The position numbers and the translations under genes were made by a program. From Macrostomum lignano (taxonomy: Eukaryota), in NCBI GenBank assembly GCA_002269645.1, contig NIVC01000566.1, positions 1-64,000 of the forward strand: DNA of 64,000 nt, written 5' to 3'. Positions within the stretch are counted from its first letter, which is position 1; the number at the start of each line of letters is the position of its first letter. Below are positions 58,701 through 64,000 of this stretch, piece after piece. The notes under the pieces are model-generated. The model made no database searches and was not told the origin of the DNA. It was given only the letters and a program-made list of their open reading frames with translations.

Positions 58701-58768
58701 GCATGCGCCGTATGGACTACGGCCAACTGTTGGCTTACTTTGATCATATGAAGGAGACGGCCGCTTGA
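51547..58768 (+). CDS. TMEM132: TMEM132-family type I membrane protein
   Basis: Exons 51547-52041, 52442-52753, 54050-54976, 55341-55871, 56017-56726, 57329-57985, 58459-58768, all in phase. Signal peptide; ADLLNLAAISG, YVYFNGTE, FNVYYPVFPLRVTLTDSELQRIRGW, C..KFQDARVQVFTRF; TM segment IGMFVLLAIFCLAVMVFFVNF; cytoplasmic NNWVWVG and C-terminal MDYGQLLAYFDHMKE are TMEM132-family motifs. Confidence 0.92.
52826..53955 (+). repeat. 28-bp intronic minisatellite (cccagatcctcagttgctgggccagcct)
   Basis: Direct read; same family as 38757-38948. Confidence 0.96.
54050..55871 (+). CDS. TMEM132: TMEM132 exons 3-4 (54050-54976, 55341-55871)
   Basis: Core conserved extracellular region. Confidence 0.92.
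55006..55290. repeat. 32-bp intronic minisatellite (ccctccagcgggttgccgcctccccactgcca)
   Basis: Direct read. Confidence 0.94.
56017..58768 (+). CDS. TMEM132: TMEM132 exons 5-7 (56017-56726, 57329-57985, 58459-58768): TM helix and cytoplasmic tail
   Basis: TM helix then CAR|YRKHRR; WVWVG; GG|C SRQH...MKETAA*. Confidence 0.88.
56760..57250. repeat. 21-bp intronic minisatellite (gctaggaattcccccactata)
   Basis: Direct read. Confidence 0.95.
58070..58380. repeat. ~33-bp intronic minisatellite (ccccctagtcaggctgttcctgtcccccatgga)
   Basis: Direct read. Confidence 0.9.
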
Positions 58769-58837
58769 AACTTTGTATTCCAGTATGTTTGACTAGGCAT
58801 TGTGCTGCTCTGGTGTCGCAAGTTGCTTTAGCCAATG

Positions 58838-59720
58838 TCTATGGCCGAAACCGTGTCTGGTGGAGAGCATTGAATTTAAGGACACGGCCAACCATATTCA
58901 GCTAATGCTTCAACGGTTGTCTATGGCCAAAACCGTGTCTGGGGGAGAGTTTTGAATTTAAGGACACGGCCAACCATATTCAGCCAATGCTTCAACGGTT
59001 GTCTATGGCCAAAACCGTGTCTGGGGGAGAGTGTTGAATTTAAGGACACAGCCAACCATATTCAGCCAATGCTTCAACGGTTGTCTATGGCCAAAACCGT
59101 GTCTGGGGGAGAGTGTTGAATTTAAGGACACGGCCAACCATATTCAGCCAATGCTTCAACGGTTGTCTATGGCCAAAACCGTGTCTGGGGGAGAGTGTTG
59201 AATTTAAGGACACAGCCAACCATATTCAGCCAATGCTTCAACGGTTGTCTATGGCCAAAACCGTGTCTGGGGGAGAGTGTTGAATTTAAGGACACGGCCA
59301 ACCATATTCAGCCAATGCTTCAACGGTTGTCTATGGCCAAAACCGTGTCTGGGGGAGAGTGTTGAATTTAAGGACACAGCCAACCATATTCAGCCAATGC
59401 TTCAACGGTTGTCTATGGCCAAAACCGTGTCTGGGGGAGAGTGTTGAATTTAAGGACACGGCCAACCATATTCAGCCAATGCTTCAACGGTTGTCTATGG
59501 CCAAAACCGTGTCTGGGGAGAGTGTTGAATTTAAGGACACAGCCAACCATATTCAGCCAATGCTTCAACGGTTGTCTATGGCCAAAACCGTGTCTGGGGG
59601 AGAGTGTTGAATTTAAGGACACAGCCAACCATATTCAGCCAATGCTTCAACGGTTGTCTATGGCCAAAACCGTGTCTGGGGGAGAGTGTTGAATTTAAGG
59701 ACACGGCCAACCATATTCAG
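58838..59720. repeat. 82-bp tandem repeat, ~10.5 units, just 3' of the TMEM132 stop
   Basis: Units nearly identical; no unique spacers. Confidence 0.96.
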
Positions 59721-60622
59721 CCCAGGAAGCACAGTGAGTGTGAGCAAACCAGGCTTCACTCTTGGCAACCGTGATTACATCCTGTTTGTAGGTTGACTTC
59801 CAGCTTCCATTAGCAGGGCGGGCATGCCTTGTCTGAATTTACCTGCTCCGTGTCCTAAAGCCTATGCTCTGTCTGTGCCCTAGACGGTGTTTTAACCATA
59901 GACGAAAGTAGTAGCATTGGTAGTGTCTAGAATGAACCCTAATTGGGTACTATTTGAGATTCGCGATTGAAATGAATTCAATATCAACTACTGATAACCT
60001 TGCCAACTTATATTTGATTAATGCTTGTTTTTCTCCCTACAGAATCGAATTAGAAATTTCTGTTGCGTTCAAGTTCAAATTTTTTTTTCTACTGCTTTAA
60101 CCCATTTTGTCAGAGTTTCAGCTGTTTCATTTCTAAGTCGAAAATGTTTCATTTAACTGTACGATATTCTCTGTTTTGCTCCGGCATTTAGTCTCCTGTG
60201 TCTCCTATTATATTAATATTAATGTTTTTATTTTTTTAATGTCGTATTCATTAATATTTACAAAGCAATAGATACCTATCTTAACTATATAAACTTCTCT
60301 AGTCTTAAAATTTTATTAGTATAGCTATGAAAATAATTTGTTAATGAAAACTTTCTTTTATAATGAGACTGTCATGTTTACAGACAATTTTTTAAATATG
60401 AAATCGAATGCCATTCGTTCCGATTTCCTAATTATACAAACTCCCCCCAGAGCTTACAGTCAGTCCCTGCTGTGTTCAGCTGCCGCAGTCTCATGTCATT
60501 ATTGAGTTTATTAATGCATCTCGCACACCTTCTACACACTTAATGACCTCTTTTCACAGTTCAATGCAAATTTTGCCTCATTACATTTGCCGCTAGTCTA
60601 ATCTGTGTTGTGAATCTGTGTT

Positions 60623-60915
60623 GTGTCACTCCCTGCCTGCCTACCTGTCTGCCTACCTGTCTGGCTACCTGTCTACCTTCCTGCCTGCCCACCAATCTGC
60701 CTAACCTGTCTACCTACCTGTCTGCCTACCTGTCTGCCTATCTGTCTTCCCACCAATCTGCCTAACCTGTCTACCTACCTGTCTGCCTACCTGTCTGACT
60801 ACCTGTCTGCCCACTTGTCTACCTCCCTGTCTGCCTACCTGTCTGCCCACCTGTCTGTCCACCTATCTACCTACCTGTCTGCTCACCTGTCCACCTACCT
60901 GTCCACCTACCTGTC
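60623..60915. repeat. Degenerate pyrimidine-rich (CCTGT/CTAC) simple repeat
   Basis: Direct read. Confidence 0.85.
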
Positions 60916-61909
60916 TCCAGCTTGTCGTCATTGCCAGGTGTAAATACGCTCTGCACAGATATCAATTTCTGCGCTCTTCTCTTTTTTGTGTTCAAATTCG
61001 AAGCAGTTTTTCCTCAGAAAAAAAATTTAATTATTGCTTGAGCTCCGATCTATTATCCCCAGAATCTGCAGAGCCTTTTCCATTTCCTTTTATCTGCGTA
61101 TTTGTTTTCACTCTATTAGAAGTCTTGCGTCAGCACACCACCTCGCTATCCAGATAAAATGCCTGTTTAACGCTATTGTTAACTGCTAAAGTTTGTCTGT
61201 TAGGTCAAGAGGGTTCGAGTTCAGTAATAATATACAAACATATGCGATTCAAAGTCTGTATATCGCTTCTTATAATTAATAAATTAATCATTAATATGCT
61301 GCCGCAATGCTTCACGGGCAAATACTGGAAAATGATTTCTTTTGCTCTTTTGTGCCTTCGATTTTATTGATTTCTCTCTCTGCTCCTTTTTTGGAGCGAA
61401 CTCCGCTGAGTAGGGCCTGCTTAGTCTGCACTTTTACAGCGGTGGCCGGTGATCGAATCCCTGATCATTTGCTCCTCGTCTTCCCCATCCGGCTTGGCGT
61501 CTTTTGATCGACACGACACGGCAGCAGAGCTGGCGGGACTGCGGGGAACACGAGGGGTGGGATATTATAGCAATCTGAAGCCTCCCTTCCCCCAGTCTCC
61601 CTGCCTCATCTCTGTCACCATTAATTAGTCGGCCGGCCAGAACAAGCGATCGCCTCCGCTGCCCTCAGCTTCAGTCCCGAATCCGTTTATTTGTCCCTGC
61701 AGCCCCTCACCTTCTACATTCGCATGTGAGGGGGGCTGGCACCGACACCTTTGCACCTCTCCCACTGCCCTGTCCCACTGCCCTGTCTGTCTCTCAGGGC
61801 TGCCCCGCATGCAGTATTCATGCGCAAAAAAACTCCTGTTCACTTTGTTTGGGCCAAGTAGGCCTTGAACGAGAACATCTTCCCTATAAACCCTGATTTT
61901 TTCTGGTGT

Positions 61910-61990
61910 ACTTTCGCCAAGCCCAATGGGAAATGGCATCCGACTCTCGTAATGCGACGTCCCTGGTTCGATTCCCGAACGGGGCGACGG
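61910..61990 (+). mobile_element. Degenerate tRNA-like (SINE head or tRNA pseudogene) sequence
   Basis: A-box-like AGCCCAATGGG and B-box GGTTCGATTCCC; tcgcc/ggcga ends pair, but the anticodon stem does not. Confidence 0.4.
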
Positions 61991-62509
61991 GGCGAAGAGA
62001 CACTCCTGTCTGCTGCGGGCCCGGGGCCTGAGGTGGCTAATAAGTTCAAGGGCCTTCTATTAACCAACCATTTGCACCATTTTATCCTTGCAGGCTGCAA
62101 AGCTTCTCACTTCTTATCCAATATAAATTTCGAATCAACAAACCGTTTCAATCAATTTTAACGTTGAGCCAAATTTATGCAGTGCAATCCATGCGCTGCC
62201 AGCTGCTGCTGTAAGATGGTCACATTGCGGATGCACTTGAATCCAAATACAAATCCAACTGCGCTGTTTTCGTTTCGAATTTACTCGAGTTTCCATTTTG
62301 CGAATTTATCTGGTTAAGCGCAATTTTTCATAATTCATTTTACGAGTAGCTTTTAATGGGGATTTTAGATGTCAGAAAAATTCGTTTAAAAACTTCCTTA
62401 AAACTTTTTACAGCTCCGAACTTTGCTATTTTGGTAGCCCCTGAACAAAAACTGAGTTTGGTTTACCTTATTGCGGCTGCGGTTCGTCCTTATCTACTAC
62501 AGATTTTAC

Positions 62510-62797
62510 ATTAGCTAGCTCTTTCCCTTCTCCCCCCGACTGTACATCAGCTGGCTCCTCCATCTCTGCCCCAAATGTACACTTGCCAGCTCTTCCCCTC
62601 TGCCCCGACTGTACATTAGCTAGCTCCTTCCCTTCTCCCCCCGACTGTACATTAGCTAGCTCCGTCACCTCTGACCCGACTGTACATTAGCTTGCTCCTT
62701 CCCCTCTGCCCCCGACTGTACATTAGCTAGCTCCGTCACCTCTGACCCGACCCGACTGTACATTAGCTTGCTCCTTCCCCTCTGCCCCCGAATGTAC
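62510..62797. repeat. Short tandem repeat (cccgactgtacattagct...) with alternating units
   Basis: Direct read. Confidence 0.85.
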
Positions 62798-63635
62798 ACT
62801 GGCAACACGGTTGGGCTGGAATAAGATTTCGGGGTAAAAAAATGCCCAATAAAACGACCACTGCAGTGTGATAGAGGAACACCTCAGCTGCTAGGGGAAT
62901 ATTTTCCTAAAATGAAATCGGTTTGTCCTGACCAGTTATGCCTAATTATGTTAATTAGCTAGCATAATTAATTTATGTACTCGAAATTAGCCGCTTCCTT
63001 CATGTGAAATCGCCTAAAAACTGCTTTTATGAGCTGTGTTCGCATTAAAATCTGTAGCTATTTAATATCAATATATATTAGTATTAGTTATAGAAAGTGA
63101 GCACTTTGTAGTTCATATTATTAGTACTCAAAAATTAAAGAAAAAAATAGAAATATCCAGCGTTTCAGAGAAAGGGTCTCTTCAAAACTGAGCAGCAGGT
63201 TGGACATTTGGATAGCACCTATTAAAATTTATATCAATAAAATTAAATATATGATATAATTATAATATAACTTATATAGCAATTCATGATCAGTTTATGT
63301 TTTAGCATGCAGGTACTACGAGATACATGTCACAGATAAAGAAGAGAATATTGCTAATCTGAGCAGAAAAGTCTGGGTCAAAAGTTTTTTTAGATATTGA
63401 ATATTTCTTTTGAATTACTTCCATTGCCAATAGAATCAATATTCAAACTTTTGGATGTTGAACTTTTAGATAGATCCCTTCACAAATTGTCATGGAAGTA
63501 TTGCTCCTATTATACTGTTTTTCTTCATCCATGTAGTAGTGCTGGTAACAACAGCATGCAGCAAAGTAGGCTGCACAACACGACAGTAAATTTAGTCAAA
63601 TGAAAAGCCATCACCGCATTAAATATGTCACTGCA

Positions 63636-64000
63636 TTAGATATGCCAGCTGTTATACGCCACTGTTGCCTGCAGCAGCCTATTGCCGAACTGTGGGTGAT
63701 CGGCTGGCAGCCTGTAGCGCTGCCAAGTCCGCTGGAAATCCGAGTGTGCGCTCTCTACTGCCTGTTCGCTACAAGTTCCAAGTGCACGACCAGTGCGATG
63801 GCAGAAGTCGCTCACGTGGCAAAGGAGAACATGCACTTTGGGCGTGACAGTCAATCCCAGTGCCAGGTATGCAGCTCCAAAATTTTCGATTCGCTCACCA
63901 AAATCCGGGACCAATTCCTGGCCAAATGCTCCATTAACAACGCTGTTGAAGCAAATCAAGCACTGGGCGAAGGGCTGTAGTTCATGAGGAACGTCTTCAA
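63636..64000 (-). mobile_element. C-terminus of a DDE transposase, Chapaev/Transib/RAG1-like; frame open past the window edge
   Basis: EDVPHELQPFAQCLICFNSVVNGAFGQEL...LGLTVTPKVHVLLCHVSDFC...GRALGTCSEQAVESAHSDF...YNSWHI*: the H-x4-H pair followed by SE-x3-ES (catalytic Glu) is shared with RAG1/Transib; the ES-x-H ending resembles Chapaev. Confidence 0.8.

Noticed and set aside
58838-59720. CRISPR-like array
   Set aside because: Units are near-identical end to end with no unique spacers, there are no cas genes, and the context is eukaryotic.
61625-62161. ORFs of 86-104 aa downstream of TMEM132
   Set aside because: No recognisable motifs or splice chain; they overlap a SINE-like segment.

Overview
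This is eukaryotic (metazoan) genomic DNA, not prokaryotic. Short GT-AG introns, GC-rich exons with Ala/Ser/Gln tracts and abundant intronic mini/microsatellites suggest a free-living flatworm such as Macrostomum (inference only). Three spliced genes could be rebuilt by hand with consistent splice phases. (1) The 3' part of a papilin/lacunin-like extracellular matrix gene (+, 1-12694): about 28 copies of a 61-aa Ser/Thr repeat, TSP1-like modules, about 10 Kunitz-type domains, and 3 Ig domains flanked by two antistasin-like exons. (2) A Ral GTPase-activating protein alpha subunit gene (-, 44950-22347, about 22 coding exons), with one unresolved frame conflict near 30.3-30.55 kb. (3) A TMEM132-family gene (+, 51547-58768, 7 exons), head-to-head with RalGAP-alpha. 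Between the latter two lies an AT-rich block holding two nested TIR elements with apparent target-site duplications (8 bp and 4 bp). Also present: a candidate small Cys-rich gene (-, about 15.3-17.8 kb), MITEs, tRNA-derived SINE-like fragments, a different minisatellite in most RalGAP/TMEM132 introns, and the C-terminus of a Chapaev/Transib/RAG1-like transposase running off the right edge. No CRISPR array, rRNA or intact tRNA was seen. No database searches were run; family calls rest on recalled motifs.
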